A stretch of DNA of 64,000 bases, taken from NCBI GenBank assembly GCA_039794085.1, contig JBDIWC010000017.1, positions 1-64,000 of the forward strand, written 5' to 3'. The notes beneath the pieces are model-generated. The model was given only the letters and a program-made list of their open reading frames with translations, had not been told where the DNA came from and did not search any database. Both the position numbers and the translations under genes were made by a program. Numbering within the stretch: position 1 is the stretch's first letter; every line of letters starts with the position of its first letter. Below, in pieces: positions 21,376-30,344 of the stretch. The stretch is from Gemmatimonadales bacterium (GTDB taxonomy: Bacteria; Gemmatimonadota; Gemmatimonadetes; Gemmatimonadales; GWC2-71-9).

Positions 21376-22542
21376 TCAGGGGCGGATGCTGACGCCGACG
21401 GTCAGGATCGTGGCGTTCTCGGTGAAGGCCGACCCCTGGGTGCGGCGGATCCGTTCGACCGAAACGTCCACGCCCCCCCGGTCTCCGCTGAAGCGGAACC
21501 CGGTGCCCAGGGACACTCCGAACTCCGACGGCCGGTCTCCCGAGGTGATGGGGAAGGGAAGGGTGCCATACCGGACCCCGGCCCGGAGGGGACGATGACC
21601 GGGGCGGGACCGGGAGGTGAGGAACTCGACGCCACCCGACACCTCGTAGGTGTTGAGCGCCCCGAGGCCGCCCTGCTCGATGATGTCGGCGTTGGCCACC
21701 GACCAGCTCCGCCAGGTGGATTGCCCCACCACGGTCACTCGGCGGTTGACGGTCCACATCGCCCCGGCGGAGAGGGTGGTGGGCAGGTCGGTGCTTCCGA
21801 TGCGGGTCGAATCCTGGTCGAGACGGACCTTTTCGTCGGTCCGTGCCATGCCCGCGATGGTCAGGCCGGGCAGCACCTGGGCCATGACCCCGACCGAGAT
21901 CCCGAGCCCGCCGAAGGTCACGTCGGTGCGCTGGATCGATTGGGCGAAGGAACTGTCGCCGAAGGTCCGCCTCGACTCGAGCTTCACCGATCCCGTGATT
22001 CCATGGAGCCCGAGGCCGACGAAGAGCCGGTCGTGGAGACGGGCCCCGAAGCCGAGCCGGATGTCGCTGAGGCCGCCGCGACTGAACAGCGTGTCGTTCA
22101 CGCTCACCGGGCTGCCCCCGATGGAGATCGTGTCGGCGCTCGCCAGAGCGAAGCTCCGGTCGGTGTAGGCACCCACGGTCAGGCCCAGGCCAAATCGTCG
22201 TGACCGGCCCACGGGGCCCGCCACGAAGATCTGCGGAAACCGGTTGTCCTGGGCCGAGGCCTCGCCACTCGGATTTTCCGAGGTGCGCCAGTTCTGGGCC
22301 CCGGTGAAAGAAGCCGTGAGGACCCCCAGGTTGGCGAGCGTGGCGGGGTTCATCGCCGACTCGCTGTCGAACAGGCCAAACGCCCCGCCCATCGCGAAGG
22401 AGCGCGCCGACAAGGCCCGGCCCGGAAGGCCCAGCCCCCGTACCCCGAACTGGCTGCTCTGCCCGGCCAGGCCGGTCCCGGAGACGGAGAGGAGGGATAC
22501 GACCCCCCCGAACACCAGGAGCGCGCGGAGGCGGGGGTTCAT
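21376..22542 (-). CDS. outer-membrane beta-barrel protein (FadL/PorV-like)
   Basis: signal peptide, SARSFAMGGA...NPATLA, amphipathic strands to the C-terminus. Confidence 0.7.
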   Translation of the reverse strand: MNPRLRALLVFGGVVSLLSVSGTGLAGQSSQFGVRGLGLPGRALSARSFAMGGAFGLFDSESAMNPATLANLGVLTASFTGAQNWRTSENPSGEASAQDNRFPQIFVAGPVGRSRRFGLGLTVGAYTDRSFALASADTISIGGSPVSVNDTLFSRGGLSDIRLGFGARLHDRLFVGLGLHGITGSVKLESRRTFGDSSFAQSIQRTDVTFGGLGISVGVMAQVLPGLTIAGMARTDEKVRLDQDSTRIGSTDLPTTLSAGAMWTVNRRVTVVGQSTWRSWSVANADIIEQGGLGALNTYEVSGGVEFLTSRSRPGHRPLRAGVRYGTLPFPITSGDRPSEFGVSLGTGFRFSGDRGGVDVSVERIRRTQGSAFTENATILTVGVSIRP

Positions 22543-23741
22543 GGTTGCTCCGGATTGGCGGGCAGGACGTACGTGATGCGCAACCGTGGCCCGCCCCCGC
22601 TTCGGGTGGACCGGAACCGGAGCTGGTTGAAGGTCGCGGCTTCGGGAGCGAGGGCAAGGACAAACCCTTGGGGGATGTTTCCTCCCCGCCATCCCCGCAC
22701 GATTTGGAGAACGTCAAGCACCACCGGACTGGTGACCCCCGCCTCCAGGGGTGTCCGAGCCACCGGGGACGCGCTCGCCACCGATTTGCCCCCGAGGTCG
22801 GCCACCAGTCCCCGGGCTTCGATCGTTCCGGGATCGCCCACCAGGCCGCGCACCGGCAGGGCGGGGTCGAGCTCCAGGAGGGCCCGCACGACGCTGGCCG
22901 TGTCCCGGATGAAGGGTGGGATGCTGTACCGCAGCACGGTCCGGGCCGACGGCACGCCGCCCAACACCAGAGTGTCGCCCATCTCCTCGGTGTCTGGATT
23001 CTCCAGAACAAAGCCGCCTCCCAGGGTCTGGTTCTGGAAGAAGGTGGTGTCGTTGGTCTCCGTCCCCCGGACAAAGAGGACGAGGAGCGGCCCCAGTCCC
23101 GTGGTGGTGCGCGGGCTCTCCAGTCTCACGCCGGCCGGCCCGTCCGCATGGGTCTGGAATCCGATGGTGATGAATCCGCTGTCCTCCGGGGCCGGCCGGA
23201 GCCGCGAGAGGGGGAGGGAGTCCGTCAGCAGAAGCTGCAACGCCCCGACCCGGAGGGAATCGGGGATGGAAAGGCTGTCGATCAATCGATCGGGGGTGAA
23301 CAAGGCATCGATCTCGGGAAAGGTGATCGCGGAATCGATGAGCCCCGGCAGACGGTAATAGAGCAGCCGCAGGTTGCGCGAGGTGGTGTCGCGCCCCAGC
23401 AGATTGATGCTCATGGTGACCGAATCGAACGTGAACGGCTGCCGCTCCGGCCCGATGTCGAGCGTGTCACCGACCGGGGTGAAGATCAGCCATCCCCGGG
23501 CATCTCCCGCGGGGAGTCCGTCGGACACCAGCAACCCGAGGCTCTGGAGGCCGGTGACGAATCCGCGGAAACTGCTGTCGGTCGCGAACGCCGGGGTGAT
23601 CACCGTGTCGAACACGAGGGGGCTTCCGCCGGGGCAGAGGCCCGGACAATCTCCCGGTGTGGTGAGGTCTTCCTGGCAGGCGGTGAGGGCCACCAGGCCC
23701 GCCGTCACCCACAACGTCACCCGCGCCCTCCAACCCGTCAT
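22539..23741 (-). CDS. hypothetical lipoprotein
   Basis: lipobox LTAC; overlaps both neighbours. Confidence 0.8.
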   Translation of the reverse strand: MTGWRARVTLWVTAGLVALTACQEDLTTPGDCPGLCPGGSPLVFDTVITPAFATDSSFRGFVTGLQSLGLLVSDGLPAGDARGWLIFTPVGDTLDIGPERQPFTFDSVTMSINLLGRDTTSRNLRLLYYRLPGLIDSAITFPEIDALFTPDRLIDSLSIPDSLRVGALQLLLTDSLPLSRLRPAPEDSGFITIGFQTHADGPAGVRLESPRTTTGLGPLLVLFVRGTETNDTTFFQNQTLGGGFVLENPDTEEMGDTLVLGGVPSARTVLRYSIPPFIRDTASVVRALLELDPALPVRGLVGDPGTIEARGLVADLGGKSVASASPVARTPLEAGVTSPVVLDVLQIVRGWRGGNIPQGFVLALAPEAATFNQLRFRSTRSGGGPRLRITYVLPANPEQP

Positions 23742-24127
23742 CTCAGCTGATCCCTCGTGAAGGCACGGGGGAGAAGCTCCCCCAACGACCACTCCTGATG
23801 CGATGCGGGCCCCACCCCGTCCACCCGCAGATCGAGCCCGAATTCCGCCAGGACCTGCCGGCAGGCCCCGCACGGGGGTGCCGGGGGATCCCGGTCGGTG
23901 ACCACCACGAGGCGGACATAGGACCGGGCACCCGCCGCCACCGCGGCGCCGACCGCGACCCGTTCCGCGCACATCGTGAGACCAAAGGACGCGTTCTCCA
24001 CATTGCAGCCGACGAAGACCCTCCCATCGGTGGACTCCAGGGCCGCCCCGACCGGAAAGTGCGAATCGGGGGCATAGGCGTTGCGCTGAACCTCCCGAGC
24101 CGCCTCGACCAGGGGATCACTGCCCAT
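23738..24127 (-). CDS. cdd: cytidine deaminase
   Basis: [19 protein letters not shown]. Confidence 0.95.
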   Translation of the reverse strand: MGSDPLVEAAREVQRNAYAPDSHFPVGAALESTDGRVFVGCNVENASFGLTMCAERVAVGAAVAAGARSYVRLVVVTDRDPPAPPCGACRQVLAEFGLDLRVDGVGPASHQEWSLGELLPRAFTRDQLR

Positions 24128-25298
24128 CGAGCACCTCCGACAGAAAGGAGCGGCCACTCGCCAACGGGGCCGCCCCGAGGTATTCCGCCACCGTCTGGCC
24201 GATGTCGGCGAAGGTGGAACGTCGTCCCACGGAGACGCTCCGGACCCCCGGACCATGCACGAGCACCGGCACGACCTCCCGCGAATGATCGGTGGACGGG
24301 GTGGTCGGGTCGTTGCCGTGGTCCGCCGTAAAGATAACCAGATCGTCCGTTCGGGACCGGCCCAGCAGGCGGGGAATCCACTCATCGAGCTCGGCGAGCC
24401 CCCGGAGATAACCCGGCACGTCGTTCCGGTGGCCCCAGCTCTGATCGAACTCGATCACGTTGGCAAAGAGAAGTCCCCGCTTCAGCGTCTCCATACCTGC
24501 CTCGATCAGCTCGTACGCCTCGGCGTTGGTCGCGGTGTGCCGACTGGTGATCCCCCGGCCCGCGAAGAGGTCGTCCACCTTGCCCACGCCGACCCGCGGA
24601 ATCCCCGCGTCCTCCAGATGGTCGAGCAGGGTGGGCGCGGGTGGGGCCACGCTGAAGTCCTTCCGGTGCGCGGTGCGGTGCCACGAGCCGACGCCTCCCG
24701 TGAAGGGCCGGGCGATCACCCGGGACACCCCATGCTCACCCGTGAGCATCGCTCGGGCGTCGGCGCAGGCCCGATAGAGCTCCTCCAGGGGCACCACCTC
24801 CTCGTGGGCCGCGACCTGGAAGACGCTGTCCGCCGAGGTGTACACGATCCACGCCCCGGTCCGGACATGCTCCTCGCCGAACCGGTCGAGGATCGCCGTC
24901 CCCGAGGCCACCTGGTTGGAGAGCACCCCCCGCCCGGTGCGCCGGGCGAATTCGGCGATGACCTCCTCGGGAAACCCATGCGGATAGGTGGGGAACGCCT
25001 GCTCGAGAATGAGACCGCAGAGTTCCCAATGCCCCGTCGTGCTGTCCTTCCCCGGGCTCTTGGGCTCGGCGATGCCGTGGGCGGCGTGTACCGGCGCGGA
25101 GGAGGAAAGTCCCCGAAGCTCGGCGATCCGCCCGAGTCCCAGGCCCTCCATGTGCGGCAAGGTGAGACCCGCCGGACCCGCTGCCCGCGCCACGTTCCCG
25201 AGGCTGTGGCTCCCGGTGTCGCCATAGGCCTCGGTATCGTGCGCGGGGCCGGCCCCCATGCCATCGAGCACGATCAGGGCGACCCGCCGCCGGTTCAT
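24117..25298 (-). CDS. deoB: phosphopentomutase
   Basis: [50 protein letters not shown]. Confidence 0.96.
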   Translation of the reverse strand: MNRRRVALIVLDGMGAGPAHDTEAYGDTGSHSLGNVARAAGPAGLTLPHMEGLGLGRIAELRGLSSSAPVHAAHGIAEPKSPGKDSTTGHWELCGLILEQAFPTYPHGFPEEVIAEFARRTGRGVLSNQVASGTAILDRFGEEHVRTGAWIVYTSADSVFQVAAHEEVVPLEELYRACADARAMLTGEHGVSRVIARPFTGGVGSWHRTAHRKDFSVAPPAPTLLDHLEDAGIPRVGVGKVDDLFAGRGITSRHTATNAEAYELIEAGMETLKRGLLFANVIEFDQSWGHRNDVPGYLRGLAELDEWIPRLLGRSRTDDLVIFTADHGNDPTTPSTDHSREVVPVLVHGPGVRSVSVGRRSTFADIGQTVAEYLGAAPLASGRSFLSEVLDGQ

Positions 25299-25549
25299 CC
25301 GGTCCCACCCTGCTTCACGAAGTTGAACCGGAGGGTCGTGATGGCCTGGGTGAGCAGCGTCGCCTCATCGGGCTCGAGGTTCCCCTTCGTCTTCTGCTCC
25401 AGCATGCCAAGGGTGTCGATCAGCGACCGCGCGATCTCCTTCGAGTCGGTGGCTCCCGCTTCGGCCGCCCCGGGCGGGAGCGAGCCACGCAACGTCGACT
25501 CGGCCTGCTGCGCGAGCCCCAGAACGAGGGATGCAAAATGGGGATTCAT
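25295..25549 (-). CDS. DUF1844-family protein
   Basis: ARSLIDTLGMLEQKTKGNL...LRFNFV. Confidence 0.85.
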   Translation of the reverse strand: MNPHFASLVLGLAQQAESTLRGSLPPGAAEAGATDSKEIARSLIDTLGMLEQKTKGNLEPDEATLLTQAITTLRFNFVKQGGTG

Positions 25550-26643
25550 GGAGCCTCCACGGGTCGCCGGACGACCCGCGGGCCGATCCGGGTGAGAAGT
25601 TCATAGGAGATGGTGCCGGCCGCCCGGGCCTGGGTGTCGAGGGAGACACCCCCGCTTCCACCCCAGATCGTGACCACGTCCCCCCGGCGTGCCGCGACAT
25701 CGGTCAGATCCACCATGGTGAAGTCCATCGCGACTGTGCCCACGATCGGAACGAGGGTCCGGTGGACCTCGACCCGGCCCACGTTGCCCAGGGCCCGCGG
25801 CAACCCGTCGGCATAGCCCGCGGCGATGGTGCCGAGACGGGTCGGGCGGGTGGCCGTCCAGGTCGCATCATAGCTCACCGTGTCGCCTGGCGAGAGCGTC
25901 CGGATCGACACGATCGGGGCCCGGAAGGCCGCCACCGGTTCCCCCGTGGCCTCCGCCACCGCTCCACCATAGAGAAAGATACCGGGCCGGACAAGATCCT
26001 CCTCCCGATCCGGGAGGGCCCGCACGGCGTCGGCGCTGCTGGCCAGGTGGACCAACGGAGGCCGCCGGCCGATCGTCTCCACCACCGCGGCGAGGCGCCG
26101 TCGCTGGAGGGTGACGGATGCGGGGTCCTGGTCGGGCGAGTGAAAGTGAGTGCAGATCCCCTCCCACGCGGAGGTCTCCGCGAGCCGGGAGGCGCAGTGC
26201 GCCAGCGCGTCCCGATCGTTCCACCGGATTCCGCATCGGGAGAGACCGGTATCGATTTCGAGATGGAAGGGACGGTTGGTGGGGAGCCAGGCCTCGAGAC
26301 TCTCCACGTCCCCGAGCACGGGGCGGAGGTCGTGGGCCAAACAGAGATCGCGTTCCCGCGGGTCGAACGCCGAAAAGACCAGCAGGGGCCGCGCGATTCC
26401 CGCCGCGCGAAGCGTCGCCCCCTCGGCGGGGAGGGCGAGCCCGTAGCCCCACGGATCGATCGATTCGAGGGCATGGGCGACGGCCAAGGCTCCCAAACCG
26501 TAGGCGTCGGCCTTGAGCATCGGCAGGAGGGGACGCACCGCCCGGGACCGCACCAGCCGGGCGTTTCGAACCAGGGCCCCGAGGTCGAGATCGACCCAGG
26601 CGTGGGAAAATGGAGAAGGGGGAATGGGATGCTCGATTGACAT
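25546..26643 (-). CDS. alr: alanine racemase
   Basis: KADAYG, DTGLSR, VRPGIFLYG, VSY, GYADG, TISYELL. Confidence 0.95.
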   Translation of the reverse strand: MSIEHPIPPSPFSHAWVDLDLGALVRNARLVRSRAVRPLLPMLKADAYGLGALAVAHALESIDPWGYGLALPAEGATLRAAGIARPLLVFSAFDPRERDLCLAHDLRPVLGDVESLEAWLPTNRPFHLEIDTGLSRCGIRWNDRDALAHCASRLAETSAWEGICTHFHSPDQDPASVTLQRRRLAAVVETIGRRPPLVHLASSADAVRALPDREEDLVRPGIFLYGGAVAEATGEPVAAFRAPIVSIRTLSPGDTVSYDATWTATRPTRLGTIAAGYADGLPRALGNVGRVEVHRTLVPIVGTVAMDFTMVDLTDVAARRGDVVTIWGGSGGVSLDTQARAAGTISYELLTRIGPRVVRRPVEAP

Positions 26644-26664
26644 GGCCAACGCGGCGGGTAGAAT
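26637..26664 (+). promoter_or_regulatory. sigma70-like promoter for mazG
   Basis: TTGACA (26637-42), 16 nt spacer, TAGAAT (26659-64). Confidence 0.5.
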
Positions 26665-26682
26665 ACGCCGCCGGGAGGGTAA

Positions 26683-27471
26683 ATGCAAGAAAAATCTGCG
26701 CTTGAGCGCGCGATGGCGATGGTGGCGGACCTGCGGGAGCGCTGCCCCTGGGACCGGGCCCAGTCCCGGGAAACGCTCCGCCCCTATCTGCTGGAAGAAG
26801 CCCACGAGCTGGCCCACGCCATGGGGACGGGAGACGTGGACGCGATCCGGGCCGAGGTGAGTGATCTTCTGCTCCACCTCGCGTGGCAGCTCGTGCTGGC
26901 GGAAGAGGAGAAGGAGTTCACACCGGATGATGTGGCCACCGACCTCGAACAGAAGATGCGGCGCCGGCACCCTCACCTCTTCGATCTTGGCCCCCGCGAG
27001 TCATGGACCGCGCTCAAGCGTCGGGAACGGCGGGAATCGGAGGGACTGCTCGACGGTCTCCCTCCCACCCTGCCGGAACTCCTGATGGCGTACCGGCTGC
27101 AGGAGCGAGCGGCCGGTGTGGGGTTCGACTGGCCCGACACCGTGGGTCCGGCGGAGAAGGTGCGGGAGGAACTGGCGGAGGTGGAGGCCGAGCTCGATGC
27201 GCGGGCAGGTCATGTGGTGGGAGACGGTACCGCCACCGCTTCCGGGGCGCTGGAGGAGGAGATCGGGGATCTGCTCTTCGCGGTGATCAATCTCTCGCGG
27301 AAGGCGGGAGTGTTTCCCTCCTTCGCCCTCGAGAAGGCGAACACCAAGTTTCGGGAACGATTCCGGGCGCTGGAGCTACTGGCGGAAGAGCGGGGGATCG
27401 AGGTGCACGCCTCGGACCTGGCGGCGCTGGACCGGCTGTGGAATGAGGTGAAAGTAGGGAGTAGGAAGTAG
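26683..27471 (+). CDS. mazG: nucleoside triphosphate pyrophosphohydrolase
   Basis: CPWDRAQ, EEAHE, RRHPH, GFDW, EEIGDLLF. Confidence 0.95.
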   Translation: MQEKSALERAMAMVADLRERCPWDRAQSRETLRPYLLEEAHELAHAMGTGDVDAIRAEVSDLLLHLAWQLVLAEEEKEFTPDDVATDLEQKMRRRHPHLFDLGPRESWTALKRRERRESEGLLDGLPPTLPELLMAYRLQERAAGVGFDWPDTVGPAEKVREELAEVEAELDARAGHVVGDGTATASGALEEEIGDLLFAVINLSRKAGVFPSFALEKANTKFRERFRALELLAEERGIEVHASDLAALDRLWNEVKVGSRK

Positions 27472-27487
27472 GGAATAGGGTGTAGGG
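27453..27487 (+). repeat. (AGTAGGG)x5 degenerate heptamer array overlapping the mazG stop
   Basis: AGTAGGG AGTAGGA AGTAGGG AATAGGG TGTAGGG. Confidence 0.85.
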
Positions 27488-27617
27488 GCGACGCATACGT
27501 CGCCCGTGCCCCAGGTGGGAACGAACAAGCGATAGGCGGTTGTCGGGGCGAATTACATTCGCCCATCCGAATCACGTTCGTTCCTCCGGACGTCATCCCG
27601 AGCGAAGCGAGGGATCT
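27482..27617. repeat. cluster of REP-like palindromes
   Basis: GTAGGGGCGACGCATACGTCGCCC (27482), GTCGGGGCGAATTACATTCGCCC (27542), GTCATCCCGAGCGAAGCGAGGGATCT (27592). Confidence 0.7.
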
Positions 27618-27721
27618 GTGAACTCCGTCGGTGTACTTCCCGTCGTCCGGATTGCGACGACGGTCGACGAGGCCGCCTTGCGTCGCCATTGCGGCCACCT
27701 TACGCGGGGACTATCATTCGG

Positions 27722-27788
27722 CCCACTCCCCACTCCCCACTCCCCACTCCCCACTCCCCACTCCCCACTCCCCACTCCCCACTCCCCA
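27722..27788. repeat. (CCCCACT)x9 heptamer array
   Basis: direct reading; inverted relative to the AGTAGGG array at 27453. Confidence 0.97.
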
Positions 27789-27805
27789 AACCAGGAGCGA
27801 CACCG

Positions 27806-29065
27806 ATGCGCCTGCTCCCTCGCCCCCGCCGACCGGCACCCCTGGCCGCCCTCGCGACCCTCGCCGCCTTGCTCTCAACTGGTTGTGACAGCGGCGGTGG
27901 CGGCCATGCGCTCGCCGTGCCGGTGTACGACACGCTTCCGGGCGGGATTCCCCGGGTGATGAGTCCCGGCCCGACGCGATGGGAGGGGGAGACGGGGTGG
28001 CAGCTCGATCTGGTCCAGGAGTTCCGGGGGGAGGAGGGAGAGCCCTCGGAACTGGTCAACCCCCAGAGCCTCGCCGTCGATGACAGCGGGCGCGTCTACG
28101 TGGTGGACCAGAAGCCGGCTGTCATCAAGGTCTACGACCCGGCGGGAGCTTTCCTCCGGACCATCGGAGGGGAGGGCCGGGGGCCCGGCGAGTTCGAGGC
28201 GGGTTACATCGCGTTGTACGAGGGGCGGATCGTCCTGAACGATCCTCAGCTGGCTCGCACCTCGGTGTGGGACACCGCGGGAGCCTTCGTCACGTCCTGG
28301 CCCTCCGCCTGCTGCAATTACGCCGACATTCACGTGGACCGGGAGGGTCGCATCTCCGTTCCGGCATTACTCCAGAGTCCTTCGGCGGAGGGGCCAGCGG
28401 GAGCACCCTTTTGGATCCGCTGGTCGATTCAGGGTGCACTGATCGATACTGTCTGGATGCCGGTGCGACAGAACGAAGCCTCACCGTGGACAGTGGTGAC
28501 CAGAGCCGGGGGTCGCGACGTGGGCCAGATGACTGTGACAGTCCCCCTTCGGGCCCAGATCATCACCGGATTCGATCCGGCTGGTGGCTTTCTCTTGGGC
28601 TGGTCGGATGAGTACCAGGTTGCCCTCGCACCAAATGGGAGAGATACCGCCGAGGTATTCGGACGCACGTGGCATCCGGTCCCGATCAGCTCGGAACGAC
28701 GCCAGGCCGTTGTGGAGGACATGGTTCAGAGGTTCAGCCAGAACATGGACGAAGACCTGCTCCGCCGTTCGTTCACCCCCGACGCGATCCCCGCGACCGC
28801 GCCGGCCTTCACCGCCCTGTACGTCGACCGTGACGGGTACCGGTGGGTCCGTCTCGATCCGGGGCTGGACTCGACCGTGACCCGCTTCGATATCTTCGAC
28901 CCCGACGGAGTGCTCCTCGGCGCGGTGGCTGTGCGCCCGGCCCTTCCCCAGTATGGGCGCCTGGCCTTCGGGAGGGGGGAGCTCCTGACGATCGGAACAT
29001 CAGAGGAGGGCTACCCCGTCATCCGGCGGTACCGGGTGCGTCGCGAGGTGGCCGGTGGGCGGTGA
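27806..29065 (+). CDS. 6-bladed beta-propeller lipoprotein
   Basis: lipobox STGC; PQSLAVDDSGRVYVVD, IGGEGRGPGEF; AGGAG RBS. Confidence 0.85.
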   Translation: MRLLPRPRRPAPLAALATLAALLSTGCDSGGGGHALAVPVYDTLPGGIPRVMSPGPTRWEGETGWQLDLVQEFRGEEGEPSELVNPQSLAVDDSGRVYVVDQKPAVIKVYDPAGAFLRTIGGEGRGPGEFEAGYIALYEGRIVLNDPQLARTSVWDTAGAFVTSWPSACCNYADIHVDREGRISVPALLQSPSAEGPAGAPFWIRWSIQGALIDTVWMPVRQNEASPWTVVTRAGGRDVGQMTVTVPLRAQIITGFDPAGGFLLGWSDEYQVALAPNGRDTAEVFGRTWHPVPISSERRQAVVEDMVQRFSQNMDEDLLRRSFTPDAIPATAPAFTALYVDRDGYRWVRLDPGLDSTVTRFDIFDPDGVLLGAVAVRPALPQYGRLAFGRGELLTIGTSEEGYPVIRRYRVRREVAGGR

Positions 29066-29077
29066 AGGGAGGGGAAA

Positions 29078-29245
29078 AGGACGTAGGACGCAGGACGTAG
29101 GACATAGGACGTAGGACATAGGACGTAGGACATAGGACGTAGGACATAGGACATAGGACATAGGACATAGGACATAGGACATAGGACATAGGACGTAGGA
29201 CATGGAACACAGTGCTTCCTGCTGTCCTAGGTCCTAGGTCCCATA
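29078..29245. repeat. (AGGACRT)x18 heptamer array followed by a short inverted GTCCTAG arm
   Basis: 18 units at 29078-29203; GTCCTAG GTCCTAG GTCCCAT from ~29225. Confidence 0.97.
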
Positions 29246-29250
29246 CTCTT

Positions 29251-29275
29251 TATAATAGCATATACCATATGTTAT
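29251..29275 (+). promoter_or_regulatory. -10 box and putative TA operator
   Basis: TATAAT at 29251; imperfect inverted repeat ATAGCATAT-ACC-ATATGTTAT in an AT-rich patch. Confidence 0.55.
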
Positions 29276-29315
29276 CACATATCATTACCCCATAACCGAC
29301 CCCCCGGAGGACACC

Positions 29316-29591
29316 ATGCTGAGGCAGATCAGCACCCTCACCCTGCGAAAACACCTCGGCACCGTGCTCGACCAGGTGGCCGAGGGCGAGCCGGTCCTGG
29401 TCACGCGGGGGGAGCAACCCCTCGTGGTGCTCGTGGCCCCCGAACGCTATGAGGAGCTGACGGCGGGGCGGGAGGACCGGCTCCGCCGAGCCGCCGATCG
29501 GGTCGCGGAGTGGCGCCGGGAGTATCGCATCGCCGCCACGGGGGCCGACCCCGTGGCTCTGGTGCGCGCCGACCGGGGCCGGGTCAAATGA
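29316..29591 (+). CDS. Phd/YefM-family antitoxin
   Basis: LRKHLGTVLDQVAEGEPVLVTRGEQPLVVL; GGAGG RBS. Confidence 0.88.
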   Translation: MLRQISTLTLRKHLGTVLDQVAEGEPVLVTRGEQPLVVLVAPERYEELTAGREDRLRRAADRVAEWRREYRIAATGADPVALVRADRGRVK

Positions 29592-29992
29592 TCCGGGTGG
29601 TGGATGCCTCGGTGGTGCTCTCCTGGCTCCTCCACGATCCGCCCCCCGCCCGGGCCCTCCAGATACTGGAAGAGCACATCACGGGAGAGATCACGGCGGT
29701 GGGGCCGGAACTCCTTCAGTACGAGGTGGCCAACGTGCTGGCCTGCGGCGCGGGGCTTCCCGCCGCAGGGGCCCGCGCCGGCCACGAGAGATTCCGGGCC
29801 TTGGAGGTCGATACCTTGGCGCTCGGAACCGGCGAATACGAGACGGCGCTGTCGCTGGCCCTGAAGTTCCGCATCACCGTGTACGACGCCTCCTACCTGG
29901 CCCTGGCCCGGTCGCTTGGCGTCCGGGTGGCCACGGCGGACCGCAAACTGGCACGACGGGTGGCCCGCCTCGACCTGGTCGACGTGGTGTAA
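29588..29992 (+). CDS. vapC: PIN-domain VapC-family toxin
   Basis: VVDASV, EVANVL, YDASYLALA, TAD; ATGA overlap with the antitoxin. Confidence 0.9.
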   Translation: MIRVVDASVVLSWLLHDPPPARALQILEEHITGEITAVGPELLQYEVANVLACGAGLPAAGARAGHERFRALEVDTLALGTGEYETALSLALKFRITVYDASYLALARSLGVRVATADRKLARRVARLDLVDVV

Positions 29993-30008
29993 ACCACTCC
30001 CTACTCCA

Positions 30009-30330
30009 TAAGCCGGCAGAGCCGGAACCAAAGAGGGGCCTCGGGGTCGCGTGGTTTTCCCGGGGCTTTCGCCCCGGGCTCGGCGGCGAGAGGCCGTTCA
30101 CACGGCCGGGTGTTCGTCTGGGCTGCCGGTGGCGTGAGCCACCTCCCCTGGCCGAGCAAGGGGCGTCAGCCCCGGGAAAAACCAATCGCCTGGTCACGGC
30201 TCGCTCCGCGACCCGAAGGCACACAAGTTGGATATATTCCGAACCGCCGTCAAACGCAGTACCGGCGCTGGTTCCCGGGCGTCGCCCGAAATATTGTTGC
30301 CGTTTTGCGTTCAATCCTGTCCGTAAGGGA
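30009..30330. mobile_element. putative non-autonomous structured element set within a (TAGGGAG) heptamer array
   Basis: 28-bp end shared with 96-123; nested inverted repeats 30038-51/30207-20 and 30052-67/30168-84; heptamers on both sides (29995-30009, 30331-30347). Confidence 0.45.
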
Positions 30331-30344
30331 CTACTCCCCACTCC

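Noticed and set aside
29000..29210. ORFs reading SYVLCP repeatedly, and PTPHSPL extensions at 27540-27800
   Set aside because: Translation artefacts of the stop-free strand of heptamer arrays
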